IMG/VR virus record: IMGVR_UViG_3300029554_000001
Direction: 5' to 3' (one strand)
Source: a virus
Length of the DNA stretch: 64,000 bases
The position numbers were made by a program, and so were the translations under genes. Of the stretch, positions 1-8,747 are shown one piece after another. The notes under the pieces are model-generated. The model saw nothing but the letters and a program-made list of their open reading frames with translations, did not search any database and had not been told where the DNA came from. Positions within the stretch are counted from its first letter, which is position 1, and each line of letters begins with the position of its first letter.

Positions 1-28
1 TTGATTATGAGACTATTATTTTTATAAT
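1..28 (+). promoter_or_regulatory. sigma70-like promoter
   Basis: TTGATT-N16-TATAAT at the window edge. Confidence 0.35.
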
Positions 29-39
29 AGAGGTGTAAC

Positions 40-558
40 ATGGACAATTTCTGGAAGACATCACTGGAAAATAAGAAGAAAGAATGGAAGACGGTTCTCG
101 AAAATAAGAAGAAAGAACTATCTGAGATTAACAAGGATTTAAATAATCTCAGAAGAAAATCTTATGATGAATATATTATGAAAGAACTCGCTCCAAAGCT
201 GATTGGGAATTGTTATATTCATCGGGGACATTATATTATGATTGTTCAACCTCCCAAGTTGTTAGAAGGAAGATGTGAGGTTAACTATTCTTCTTCATGG
301 GGTTGTATTGAGATTAACAATTTTGAAGATGAAACACCTTATGGTTGTTATACAGATTCAGAAATTGATGTAGCTCCTTATTATAATGAGGACATTGATT
401 TGTTTTTCCTTTTAAATTATCCGAAAAATTTTGACCATTTTCAGCCTATTTCTCGTGACGAGTTTTACGCCAAAATGGATGAAGCGATTTGCGAGTCTAA
501 AAAGAGGGTTGAAAATATGTTGAAAAAGGTAAATCCGCGCAAATTTTACAGGTTTTAA
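40..558 (+). CDS. hypothetical protein (172 aa)
   Basis: Open frame, SD-like AGAGGTG just upstream of ATG, TAA stop; no family recognised. Confidence 0.6.
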   Translation: MDNFWKTSLENKKKEWKTVLENKKKELSEINKDLNNLRRKSYDEYIMKELAPKLIGNCYIHRGHYIMIVQPPKLLEGRCEVNYSSSWGCIEINNFEDETPYGCYTDSEIDVAPYYNEDIDLFFLLNYPKNFDHFQPISRDEFYAKMDEAICESKKRVENMLKKVNPRKFYRF

Positions 559-602
559 TGTCAAAAATAGGTCAAAAACGAGTAAAAAGAGGTAAATAAA
601 AT

Positions 603-1631
603 ATGTTTTTTAATAAGTCTAAAAAAAACAATCCTGTCGAAAACAATCCTATCGAATATGAATCTTACCCTGCATCTGGTGTAGATTTTGAAGAATCTTC
701 CAGCGAATCTTACACGAATAATCTTCCTAATCATACAGTTATCAACAATCGTACTTGGGGATATGAAAAAATGGAAGATGTACCTTTTCCTGTTGGAGAA
801 GATTGGGAATGGATTGATTGTTACAAAGCTCTTTATAAGAACTATTATGTTTCTAATGACAAAGTAGAATATGTAGGTCCTAATCAAAACTTTGCATACG
901 AACTTAACAGAGTCTATTCTTTACCAGAAGAAGGAGAATTTAGTAAAATTGATTACTGTGGCAATGGCTTTCATGCTTGTTTAACTGTAAAAGATGTTTT
1001 AAATTGGTATAATTACATTTCTTATGATGCATTTGTTGTTGATAATTATGGGTATAATGTTGCTGTTAAATTAACTGTTGTTGCTAAAGCAAAACTTTTA
1101 ATTAATAAAAAAGATTTGGCAAATTGCTATGGTAAAACTGAACTTGACAATGGTAAAATTGTAGGAAAAGCTATTATCTTAACGGGGTTTGTTAATCCAA
1201 AAGAAGTTTATGATAACCGAAAAGAAGATAGATATTGGAGCCTTGACATTCTTAATGGCTACGCTTGTGATTATTTAAAAGCCATCTGCAAAAAAGAAGG
1301 CATTAATCTCAATGTTTTAAACAAGTTAATCAAAAAGCTTGCAATTACTTTCCCCTACTATGAGAAAATACTTGGCTTTATTGATGATAAAAATATCTCT
1401 ACAATGGCTTATATCAACGCTATGTTAGATGCATATCGTATTAATAGTAAAGAAATTTATCAAGTTTTAAATCAAAATTATGGTAAAGTATTGACGGAAG
1501 AAATCATAAATAACCTTGACTATCAATTTGCAATGCGTTTGGCTGACAATGATGATGCTTATAACAGAAGCTTATCTGTAGCTGAAAAAATGCAGATTCT
1601 TTATTCTCATCAGATGATTTCTAAAAAATAA
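603..1631 (+). CDS. hypothetical protein (342 aa)
   Basis: Long ORF with SD-like AGAGGT upstream; GNGFHAC motif that I cannot assign to a named family. Confidence 0.65.
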   Translation: MFFNKSKKNNPVENNPIEYESYPASGVDFEESSSESYTNNLPNHTVINNRTWGYEKMEDVPFPVGEDWEWIDCYKALYKNYYVSNDKVEYVGPNQNFAYELNRVYSLPEEGEFSKIDYCGNGFHACLTVKDVLNWYNYISYDAFVVDNYGYNVAVKLTVVAKAKLLINKKDLANCYGKTELDNGKIVGKAIILTGFVNPKEVYDNRKEDRYWSLDILNGYACDYLKAICKKEGINLNVLNKLIKKLAITFPYYEKILGFIDDKNISTMAYINAMLDAYRINSKEIYQVLNQNYGKVLTEEIINNLDYQFAMRLADNDDAYNRSLSVAEKMQILYSHQMISKK

Positions 1632-1643
1632 ATTAATAAGTAG

Positions 1644-1672
1644 TTGACAAATTCGAAAGAGTATGTTAATAT
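1644..1672 (+). promoter_or_regulatory. sigma70-like promoter
   Basis: TTGACA-N17-TAATAT. Confidence 0.55.
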
Positions 1673-1679
1673 AATAATA

Positions 1680-1805
1680 AGAACTGTGGTACAATTTACC
1701 TCCTTATAATAGACTGGATTTGCTAATAAGGCCACCTCCTTTTTCGTATTTTGTTCATGTTTGTTTCCTCTAAAAACAAATTTTGTACCACAGTTCTTTT
1801 TTATT
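1680..1805 (+). ncRNA. candidate ~125-nt small RNA or structured leader
   Basis: Promoter 1644-1672. The transcript would start at the 5' arm of a long-range stem (AGAACTGTGGTACAA 1680-1694 / TTGTACCACAGTTCT 1782-1796) followed by a T-run. Contains two CCTCC (anti-SD-like) motifs. Confidence 0.35.
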
Positions 1806-1826
1806 CCTTTGCAAAGGAGCTTACCA

Positions 1827-2036
1827 ATGAGATTGAATGATGTATCTCTAATAGGTTTTGCTCTTTATCTTTTATGTGGGCTTGCAGTAACATATAATGT
1901 TTATAATTGTCCTGCTAATAAAAATGATAAAGAAGTAACCTTGTTGCATTATTTAACTTTGATTTTTTGTTGGCCTATTGCTCTTGTTATGGCAGCAATT
2001 TATTGGGTTAAGATTCAGAGTGAAATAAGAAAATAA
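1827..2036 (+). CDS. small membrane protein (69 aa, two hydrophobic segments)
   Basis: ATG preceded by AAAGGAG. Track ORF 1761.. starts at TTG inside a hairpin-forming leader, so I shortened it to the SD-linked ATG. Confidence 0.5.
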   Translation: MRLNDVSLIGFALYLLCGLAVTYNVYNCPANKNDKEVTLLHYLTLIFCWPIALVMAAIYWVKIQSEIRK

Positions 2037-2056
2037 AAGAAAATTAAATAAAGCTC

Positions 2057-2085
2057 TTGACAACAGACTCTTTTTGGTTTATACT
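2057..2085 (+). promoter_or_regulatory. sigma70-like promoter
   Basis: TTGACA-N17-TATACT. Confidence 0.6.
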
Positions 2086-2122
2086 ATTAATAGTAAATTA
2101 GACTGAAAGGAGTCTTTTCTAT

Positions 2123-2716
2123 ATGTGCAAGTGGTGTGAGAATTATAGATTCACTATTAACGCTACAAGTAAAAAGAATCTTATTGACCATGGCAATTTT
2201 TATGTCCCTGCTAATTATTGCCCTGTATGTGGCACTTTGCTGAATGAAAATCTCAAAGAAAAGAATAAGTCAAGTAAACGTTACATTATTCGTGTCAAAT
2301 CTAATGTGAGACATAACCTTCCTAAAGATGGACAAAATTATTATTGTAGTGCTTTTGGTTTGCATTATGATGAATGTACTTTTGGTAAGAAGGAAGATGC
2401 TCGTCCTTTTAAGACACGCTTTGAAGCAAAGTGTACTGCTGACTGGTTCTTCAATGAAAATGATTATGAAATTGAAGAGATTGAAGATTTAACTCCTCCT
2501 ACTAAGAGGGATAAAAGAGAATTTAAAGAATCTAAACCTGAAAAAGAAAGCCTTAATGTTGCTCCTTTTAAGGAAGAAGAGTTTTGGTATGCTTCCGATT
2601 CTGGCTTGAAGCTGGCTTCTTTTTTACACGAAGGCAAACTTTATAAGTTCCCTGCTAATACAGTAAAACATTTAAATCAATTGGTTGAAGCAATTAACAC
2701 CATCGTGCATCATTAA
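2123..2716 (+). CDS. hypothetical protein with N-terminal CxxC...CxxC zinc ribbon (197 aa)
   Basis: ORF + SD AAAGGAG; Cys pairs CKWC / CPVC. Confidence 0.65.
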   Translation: MCKWCENYRFTINATSKKNLIDHGNFYVPANYCPVCGTLLNENLKEKNKSSKRYIIRVKSNVRHNLPKDGQNYYCSAFGLHYDECTFGKKEDARPFKTRFEAKCTADWFFNENDYEIEEIEDLTPPTKRDKREFKESKPEKESLNVAPFKEEEFWYASDSGLKLASFLHEGKLYKFPANTVKHLNQLVEAINTIVHH

Positions 2717-2737
2717 ACAAAATGAAAGGATGATAAT

Positions 2738-3232
2738 ATGATTAGTCCGACATATGGACGAGTAAATATGCGCCAAACAGCCGAAATTATTTTTGACTAC
2801 ATTAAAAGCCGTACAGATGTAGCAGAACATAATCATATTGTCATTGGTACTGATAGTCAAAATCACAAAGATGAAACAAAAGCCGTCATTGTTATTGCTG
2901 TCTATACCGATGGCAAAGGTGGCAAGTTCTTCTATGAGATTCAAAAATTACCTATTATCTTAAATTTGAAAGTTAAAATCCACAAAGAAACTGAATTAAG
3001 CATTGCTTATGCTGACCAGTTAATTGATGAATTAACAACTTTAGCTATTCAAGAAAATTTTGATTATGAAAAGTATACTAGCATTGGGATTCATGTAGAT
3101 GCTGGATATGCTGGGCCAAGTGGTCAAGTAATCCCAGAAATTGTTGGATGGTTGAAAGGTGCTGGTTATGAACCAACTGTTAAACCAGATAGTTTTGTAG
3201 CAAGTACGATTGCAGACAGGATTAGTAAATGA
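2738..3232 (+). CDS. RNase H-fold YkuK/DUF458-like protein (family assignment tentative)
   Basis: ORF + SD AAAGGA; IGTDSQ...ADRISK pattern resembles the DUF458/YkuK family as I remember it. Confidence 0.5.
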   Translation: MISPTYGRVNMRQTAEIIFDYIKSRTDVAEHNHIVIGTDSQNHKDETKAVIVIAVYTDGKGGKFFYEIQKLPIILNLKVKIHKETELSIAYADQLIDELTTLAIQENFDYEKYTSIGIHVDAGYAGPSGQVIPEIVGWLKGAGYEPTVKPDSFVASTIADRISK

Positions 3233-3351
3233 AAAATTCAAAAGATTTTTATTCTAATTGCGAAAAGCATAGCGGAGTTGATGGCATAGTTCAAAACCAA
3301 GAAAAACCGTTCTGCTCCAACTGCGGTGCGAAGATAGACGAAGGAGAATGA
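3229..3351 (+). CDS. small zinc-ribbon protein (40 aa)
   Basis: ATGA overlap with the previous stop; C-x3-H...CxxC. Below the track cutoff; lies in a GC-richer island. Confidence 0.35.
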   Translation: MKNSKDFYSNCEKHSGVDGIVQNQEKPFCSNCGAKIDEGE

Positions 3352-3354
3352 CCA

Positions 3355-3621
3355 ATGGACGTTGTTGGGCGAAAAGTTGTTAAAACGCGAGTACCTCATG
3401 TGTGCTTCGGTTGCGGGCGCAAATTTGAGCAAGGAGCTATGATGGAGCGCAGTTGCGTTTTCGATGGTACGCCGTGGACGTGCTATTTGTGCGAGAGCTG
3501 TCAGAAAGCATCTTCTGAGTTAGGATGGCAAGACGAGTATGGATTTGGAGACCTACGTGAACGTGCGATAGAGATAGAAAACATTAAGATGGACGGAGGA
3601 GAAAAACAAGATGGCAACTAA
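3355..3621 (+). CDS. Cys-rich zinc-binding protein (88 aa)
   Basis: ORF + SD AAGGAG; CFGCG...CYLCESC; visibly higher GC than its surroundings. Confidence 0.6.
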   Translation: MDVVGRKVVKTRVPHVCFGCGRKFEQGAMMERSCVFDGTPWTCYLCESCQKASSELGWQDEYGFGDLRERAIEIENIKMDGGEKQDGN

Positions 3622-3796
3622 ATGTTTTTGTGATAGATGCGGAATGCCTATTTCAAATCTTTTCAATATGAAGGTTTTAAAAATTAAAAGACATTTTGAA
3701 CGTGGCGGCGAAATTTGGGACGATTATCAATCTTATGATTTATGTAGTAATTGTTTAAAGAATGTGGAAGAATTTCTTCAAAAAAGCAATTCTTAA
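3611..3796 (+). CDS. zinc-ribbon protein (61 aa)
   Basis: ORF + SD GGAGGAG; CDRCG...CSNC. Confidence 0.55.
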   Translation: MATKCFCDRCGMPISNLFNMKVLKIKRHFERGGEIWDDYQSYDLCSNCLKNVEEFLQKSNS

Positions 3797-3811
3797 AAAT
3801 ACGTTCGAATA

Positions 3812-4129
3812 ATGGAAAAAGAAGCCATGAAAAATTTTAAAAATAAACTTCTTGGTTTTTGGTATTATATTAAATTCTATTATATTCATCCTAATAAACC
3901 TTATATGGATAAATTAAAGCGAGCAAGTGAAGTAATGAAAGCAAGTCCTTATTCATATAAGCAGTGGGCTGAATTTTTAAATAGGTCAGAAAAAGATGTA
4001 AGAAAGATTTTTCATAAGAGATTTTTCTTAACATGGAGAGATTACCTAATTATTGCAAATAAAACTAATACTACAGTAGCATATTTAATGCAAGAGACTA
4101 CTGCTAGTGTATATATTAAAAGGAGTTAA
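3812..4129 (+). CDS. hypothetical protein (105 aa)
   Basis: ORF on the dominant strand; weak SD; the start could be the ATG at 3827. Confidence 0.5.
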   Translation: MEKEAMKNFKNKLLGFWYYIKFYYIHPNKPYMDKLKRASEVMKASPYSYKQWAEFLNRSEKDVRKIFHKRFFLTWRDYLIIANKTNTTVAYLMQETTASVYIKRS

Positions 4130-4135
4130 TTTAAA

Positions 4136-4519
4136 GTGAATTTGAAGAAAAGCTATACTTATTATATTGTATATATGGGCTTGAAACCAGAAGCAACTAT
4201 TACAACTTATGGTAATGAAGAACGCACTCTTGATAAAGAGATTGACAGCATGGATGATATTACTGCAATTCAAACAAAGCTCAATGAAGAATACGGTTTT
4301 GCTGATTGCGTGATTATGTTTTATAAACTCCTTAGAACTTCTTATAACACTGTTCAGAATAATCCTAGTGGTATGGCTGATATGATGAGCGCTATGGCAG
4401 GAATGATGGGTAGTGGACTTCCTCAGACTGCTACAGAAAATTCTGCTGAGGCTGAAGTAAAGGATGAAGAAAATGTCGAAGAAACAAAGGAAGAAGATAA
4501 GGCAAGCGAAATTCAGTGA
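4136..4519 (+). CDS. hypothetical acidic-tailed protein (127 aa, GTG start)
   Basis: AAAGGAG 10 nt before GTG; alternative ATG at 4175. Confidence 0.5.
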   Translation: MNLKKSYTYYIVYMGLKPEATITTYGNEERTLDKEIDSMDDITAIQTKLNEEYGFADCVIMFYKLLRTSYNTVQNNPSGMADMMSAMAGMMGSGLPQTATENSAEAEVKDEENVEETKEEDKASEIQ

Positions 4520-4838
4520 TTATCAATATAATGATAATGACCCTCGTTTTAAAGTTCTATTCCGTAATGGAGACTGGCTTGTAATTAAATTTATCAATGA
4601 TGGAGCTTTTTATTCTTACTGCTTAAATTGTAGAGAATATCTTCATGCTACCTCCACTTTGTCTAATCCAGAATTTATTACAAGATACTCTCCTGAAAGA
4701 GAATTTACTTATTGCCCTTATTGCGGAAGTAAAAATCTTAAAAATTATTCTTATCTAATTGAAGAAAAAGCTATCCAATACAAAGACTTACCAGAAGAAT
4801 TAAAATTGTATCCTTATAAAATTGGGAAGAAAACTTAA
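4473..4838 (+). CDS. hypothetical protein with C-terminal zinc ribbon (121 aa)
   Basis: Track ORF 4464..; the ATG at 4473 has better SD spacing (AAGGA-8 nt); CLNC...CPYCG. Confidence 0.55.
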   Translation: MSKKQRKKIRQAKFSDYQYNDNDPRFKVLFRNGDWLVIKFINDGAFYSYCLNCREYLHATSTLSNPEFITRYSPEREFTYCPYCGSKNLKNYSYLIEEKAIQYKDLPEELKLYPYKIGKKT

Positions 4839-4845
4839 TAACCAC

Positions 4846-4874
4846 TTGACAACTCTCTTTGCTTGTAGTATTAT
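4846..4874 (+). promoter_or_regulatory. sigma70-like promoter
   Basis: TTGACA-N17-TATTAT. Confidence 0.55.
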
Positions 4875-4913
4875 ATAAATACAAATCGAAAAAGTAAGGA
4901 GAGTTGTTAAATT

Positions 4914-5450
4914 ATGTTTACTAAACAGGAATATCTTGAAGAATACAAGAACATTAATAAAAAAGCCAACATTACTAAACTTTTTGGCTATATCGAGGAA
5001 CGTCTTGACCATAATTCCAGCTTAGGTTGTAGCGTGGCTCGTTTTGAAAAATTTCACCTCAGTCCGACTTTATGGAAAATTCTAACTAATGATAAGCAAT
5101 TTAAAGTGCTTTGTAAATGTAGAGGATACGACCTTGTTTTTCAGAAGAATGAAGATGGTTCTTGGGTTGATATTACCAGCGCAAAAGCAAAAGTAGATGC
5201 AGAAATTTGGAATCAGCTTTTTAAAGATAACGATGTAAGTTATTTCTTTAATGTTATTATGGGGCGTCTTTTTGCTGTTGGTCGTGAAAAGAAAATCAAG
5301 CATCCTTATTACTTTATTCATAAAAATTGCTGTAGCCCTATTGTTTGGAAGTTAACAAACAGTAAAACTTTTCTTGAAAAAATTGTTGAAAATGGATGGG
5401 ACTTTGATTGTGGTCCTGATTCTATCCCTTACATTCAAATTAAGGGATAA
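4914..5450 (+). CDS. hypothetical protein (178 aa)
   Basis: ORF + SD AAGGAGA downstream of the promoter at 4846. Confidence 0.65.
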   Translation: MFTKQEYLEEYKNINKKANITKLFGYIEERLDHNSSLGCSVARFEKFHLSPTLWKILTNDKQFKVLCKCRGYDLVFQKNEDGSWVDITSAKAKVDAEIWNQLFKDNDVSYFFNVIMGRLFAVGREKKIKHPYYFIHKNCCSPIVWKLTNSKTFLEKIVENGWDFDCGPDSIPYIQIKG

Positions 5451-5475
5451 TTAAATAATGTGTGTAGGAGAAAAA

Positions 5476-5691
5476 ATGTATATTCCAAAAAGTGATAGAT
5501 AGATATCTTTACTTCCTTTTACTGGTTGTGATGAAAAGAAATGCCCATGGAAGGATTGTGTAAGACATCCTGAAAGTGGATTTACATATAATTCTATAGG
5601 GCATTTATCTTATCTTTGTAAAAAATTTAAAGAAGCCCCAAAAGAAGTTGAAGAAGTAAAGGAGAAAGAAACAAAAACAAATGATTCTTAA
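5476..5691 (+). CDS. hypothetical protein (71 codons) with in-frame TAG at 5500-5502
   Basis: AGGAGA-4 nt-ATG; the frame is open to TAA 5689-5691 except for a single TAG (codon 9). It fills an otherwise empty 230-nt gap. Confidence 0.5.
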
Positions 5692-6043
5692 AATTATTAT
5701 TAGCCTTTGGCGATTTGTTTTTATTTTAGATGTTTTGGTTTTCTTTTATCTTGTTAAAGAGATTACCAAATATGTAAACGACTTTTTTAATGCAAGGAAT
5801 ATTGATATTAAACTTTCCAGTGCTGGTACTGGTTCTGCAATGTCAATCATTCAAATTCTTATTCTAAGTGCTCTTCCAATCATTAATATTATTTTAGGTT
5901 GGACATGGATATTTAATTACGAAAAATTTATGAAATTAGCTTGCATTAAACTTAACAATCACATTCACAAGATGGGGTTAATTTCTGATGAATTAAAAGA
6001 TGAATTTTATTATAAAGTAATTAAAGATTTTGAAGGGTCTTAA
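5681..6043 (+). CDS. membrane protein (120 aa)
   Basis: ORF with two or three hydrophobic segments; overlaps the end of the previous gene. Confidence 0.55.
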   Translation: MILKIIISLWRFVFILDVLVFFYLVKEITKYVNDFFNARNIDIKLSSAGTGSAMSIIQILILSALPIINIILGWTWIFNYEKFMKLACIKLNNHIHKMGLISDELKDEFYYKVIKDFEGS

Positions 6044-6048
6044 TTGAT

Positions 6049-6537
6049 ATGAAAATTGAAAAAGAAACAATTCCTGCCCAAGAAAAAACATATTGGGTTG
6101 CAGAAGACGGTCGTAGATTCTCTACCGAAGAAGAATGTTTTGCTTATGAAAAAAGAGAAAGTATTCGTGATGTGATGAGGGAGCGTTTATTTTTGATTCC
6201 TAATCTTTACGAAGATGAAAAAGAATATTGGTTTATCATGGGTGAAGAAGCTACTCCTACTTATCTTATTAGTTATATCGAATATTTTTTAAGAATTTAT
6301 ATTAGCTCTTGGCAAAAAAAGACTTTGGCTCAAGCTTGCTTAGAACAGAAAAAAGACCAGAAGTATTATCTTATTGGATTGAAAATTGATAATGGCGGAG
6401 ATAATACTACTTTTGAAGTTCTTAATATTGATTCCGCAGAGGAAGAAACAAAAGAAGCTATCGCCGATTACGAAACAATCTTGAAAGAATATTCTGCTCT
6501 CAGAGAAAGACTTTCTATTTTCCCCGAAATAAATTAA
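6049..6537 (+). CDS. hypothetical protein (162 aa)
   Basis: ORF on the dominant strand, tight spacing to its neighbour. Confidence 0.65.
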   Translation: MKIEKETIPAQEKTYWVAEDGRRFSTEEECFAYEKRESIRDVMRERLFLIPNLYEDEKEYWFIMGEEATPTYLISYIEYFLRIYISSWQKKTLAQACLEQKKDQKYYLIGLKIDNGGDNTTFEVLNIDSAEEETKEAIADYETILKEYSALRERLSIFPEIN

Positions 6538-6544
6538 TAAATAC

Positions 6545-6573
6545 TTGACAACTCCTTTTGTGTCTGATATACT
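6545..6573 (+). promoter_or_regulatory. sigma70-like promoter
   Basis: TTGACA-N17-TATACT. Confidence 0.6.
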
Positions 6574-6613
6574 TTAATCATAAAGTAAATCGTTCTTGAA
6601 AGGGGTTGTTTAA

Positions 6614-6952
6614 ATGTATAATCGTAATTTTCATAATAAGATTGGTTCGGACAAAATCAAACTCACTTTCCACTCTCGTGACCGTGGCTTGGAAAGATTG
6701 GGTATTAAGAATGAAAGAGAGCTTCGTCAGTTAGCTTGTAATGCTCGTAACAAAGGTATCAATCTTGATGCCGTAACTATTTACAACTACGAAAAGATTG
6801 GGCTAACCAATGAGGAAATGTATACTTTTAAGCGTCGTTTTCGTACTAAGTCTAACAGTGAACGTATTTATTACCATAAAGGCTTTGTCTTTGTATTTGC
6901 TGGTAAAAATGCTTGTACACTTAAAACTGTAATCGAATTAAAAAATATTTGA
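6614..6952 (+). CDS. hypothetical protein (112 aa)
   Basis: ORF + SD AAAGGGG downstream of the promoter at 6545. Confidence 0.6.
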   Translation: MYNRNFHNKIGSDKIKLTFHSRDRGLERLGIKNERELRQLACNARNKGINLDAVTIYNYEKIGLTNEEMYTFKRRFRTKSNSERIYYHKGFVFVFAGKNACTLKTVIELKNI

Positions 6953-6961
6953 GGTGGTATT

Positions 6962-7366
6962 ATGATTTATAACGCTGGAGTTAACGGAAAAGAAAATAAA
7001 ACTGTTACCTACTATCCCGTTTTTGTGGTTGAATTTAACCAGTATAAGTGCGTTTACTATATCGAACGAAATATTTTTCATTTTGTTTTCAACTATTTCT
7101 TTGCTCAAGATTGTGAAGCGGACAATATTCTTTGCGCTCATTCCGCAGGAGGGGCGTTGGCATTTATTGGAGAATTTAAAGCTGACCCTAATAGCGAAAG
7201 ATTAATTAATAATTTTGTCAAAGCTGTTAAATCATACAACAATCCCTGTTCTAGTCCTAATGCCCCTCAATATCTCGACCACTATTTTTCTATTGTTCGA
7301 GATGAGCGTATTTTTAATCTTGCCCTAATGGATAATAAATATCGCACTTCCCCTGAAAACTTTTAA
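6962..7366 (+). CDS. hypothetical protein (134 aa)
   Basis: ORF + SD GAGGTGG. Confidence 0.6.
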   Translation: MIYNAGVNGKENKTVTYYPVFVVEFNQYKCVYYIERNIFHFVFNYFFAQDCEADNILCAHSAGGALAFIGEFKADPNSERLINNFVKAVKSYNNPCSSPNAPQYLDHYFSIVRDERIFNLALMDNKYRTSPENF

Positions 7367-7377
7367 GGAGGTTTAAC

Positions 7378-7887
7378 ATGGATAACTATGAAGCTATGAA
7401 GCCTTGGGAGCACGGAAAGATTGTTGAAATTCATCATGATATTAAGTCTATTTCTGTGTATCCTGTCGTTTATGAAAACAAAGATTTTTATGTCTGTCGA
7501 GTATCAGGTTCTACAGAAATAATTACAATTAGAAAAAATTCTTATCAAAATTATGTCTTTGAATCTTACGAAAAGTATATGAGTTGGAGACGAAACAACC
7601 CTCTTGCTAGTCTTAATAGCAGACATTTCTTTGTATATATCCCCAAGGATGAGAAAATTTCTTTCGCTGATAATTTTCCTGTTAGAGATTCTCTTGATGA
7701 AGCATTGGCTAAAGCTGAACACGCTTATGATGAAGAGGAGAAAACTTTTAAGCGTTTGCAAACCAGCTTTGAATATTATGCCAATAGAGTTGAAGACACA
7801 AAAGAAACTTTAAGACAGAAAAAGTCACGTATTGAAAATATTAAGGCTCAAATTGCGGAAAGGGATAAGAATAAAAATGGTATTTAA
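7378..7887 (+). CDS. hypothetical protein with C-terminal coiled-coil-like region (169 aa)
   Basis: ORF + SD AAGGAGG. Confidence 0.65.
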   Translation: MDNYEAMKPWEHGKIVEIHHDIKSISVYPVVYENKDFYVCRVSGSTEIITIRKNSYQNYVFESYEKYMSWRRNNPLASLNSRHFFVYIPKDEKISFADNFPVRDSLDEALAKAEHAYDEEEKTFKRLQTSFEYYANRVEDTKETLRQKKSRIENIKAQIAERDKNKNGI

Positions 7888-8209
7888 TATTACTGATAAC
7901 GGTCTTGCTCATTCTAATATGGAAACCTATTACTGCATTGGTATTCCTAGAAAGAAGCTTCCTCTTAACTATGGTGAATCACCTTCTTATGGTTTCGCTA
8001 ATAGAGGTTGGGCAAATATCCCTTATCTCATTGCAGAACAATTTACTCTTTCCTGTTATTCTTTTGATACCGAAAAAGATGCTAAGGAATGGTGGAGTAA
8101 GAACAAGAAGTTTTTCCTTGAAAACAAAACTTATACCAAGGAATATGACTTTAATTATGCGAAGATTATCAAGGTAGAAATTGGTAGTAAGTATACTATC
8201 ATGCATTAA
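7877..8209 (+). CDS. hypothetical protein (110 aa)
   Basis: Track ORF 7832.. begins at TTG; the first ATG (7877) overlaps the end of the upstream gene. Confidence 0.55.
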   Translation: MVFNITDNGLAHSNMETYYCIGIPRKKLPLNYGESPSYGFANRGWANIPYLIAEQFTLSCYSFDTEKDAKEWWSKNKKFFLENKTYTKEYDFNYAKIIKVEIGSKYTIMH

Positions 8210-8220
8210 AGGAGATTAAT

Positions 8221-8616
8221 ATGCTTCCTCTTAAGAATCACCCTGCTTACTATATTACTATTAATGCTAATCGAGATTCTGAAATTAAGACTCTTTTTGC
8301 AGGAGAAGATTATCTTGGTCTTGCTGGTTTCTTTGTTGATTTCGATAAGGCGAGACGTTTTAGCTGTCCTCTTTCAGCAGAAAAGTGGTTTAAATTCCAT
8401 TTTGATGATGAAACCCTTCCTCCTGCTTATTATGACTGGACAAGTATTACTATTGAAGAGCTTAAACTTGTTCCTGTTATGAACATCTATCTTTCTAAAG
8501 AAGAGACGGTTTCAAATTCTGTAACTCTTGAAACCACTACAAAGCGAGAAAAGCCTAAGCGTACTTATAAGAAGAAAAAGGTGGAAGATAAAATCGACAC
8601 CATTCCCGATACCTAA
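8221..8616 (+). CDS. hypothetical protein (131 aa)
   Basis: ORF + SD AAAGGAG. Confidence 0.6.
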   Translation: MLPLKNHPAYYITINANRDSEIKTLFAGEDYLGLAGFFVDFDKARRFSCPLSAEKWFKFHFDDETLPPAYYDWTSITIEELKLVPVMNIYLSKEETVSNSVTLETTTKREKPKRTYKKKKVEDKIDTIPDT

Positions 8617-8642
8617 TTCATAAAAATTTAACAACTTAAATA

Positions 8643-8671
8643 TTGACAGATATTCTTTCTTATGCTAAACT
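8643..8671 (+). promoter_or_regulatory. sigma70-like promoter
   Basis: TTGACA-N17-TAAACT. A 9-bp inverted repeat GACAGATAT/ATATCTGTC brackets it. Confidence 0.5.
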
Positions 8672-8747
8672 AATCATAGAAAAGGATATCTGTCCTTTAT
8701 TTTAATTTAAATAAATCTGTTGAAATACACAGAAGAATGGAGATAAT

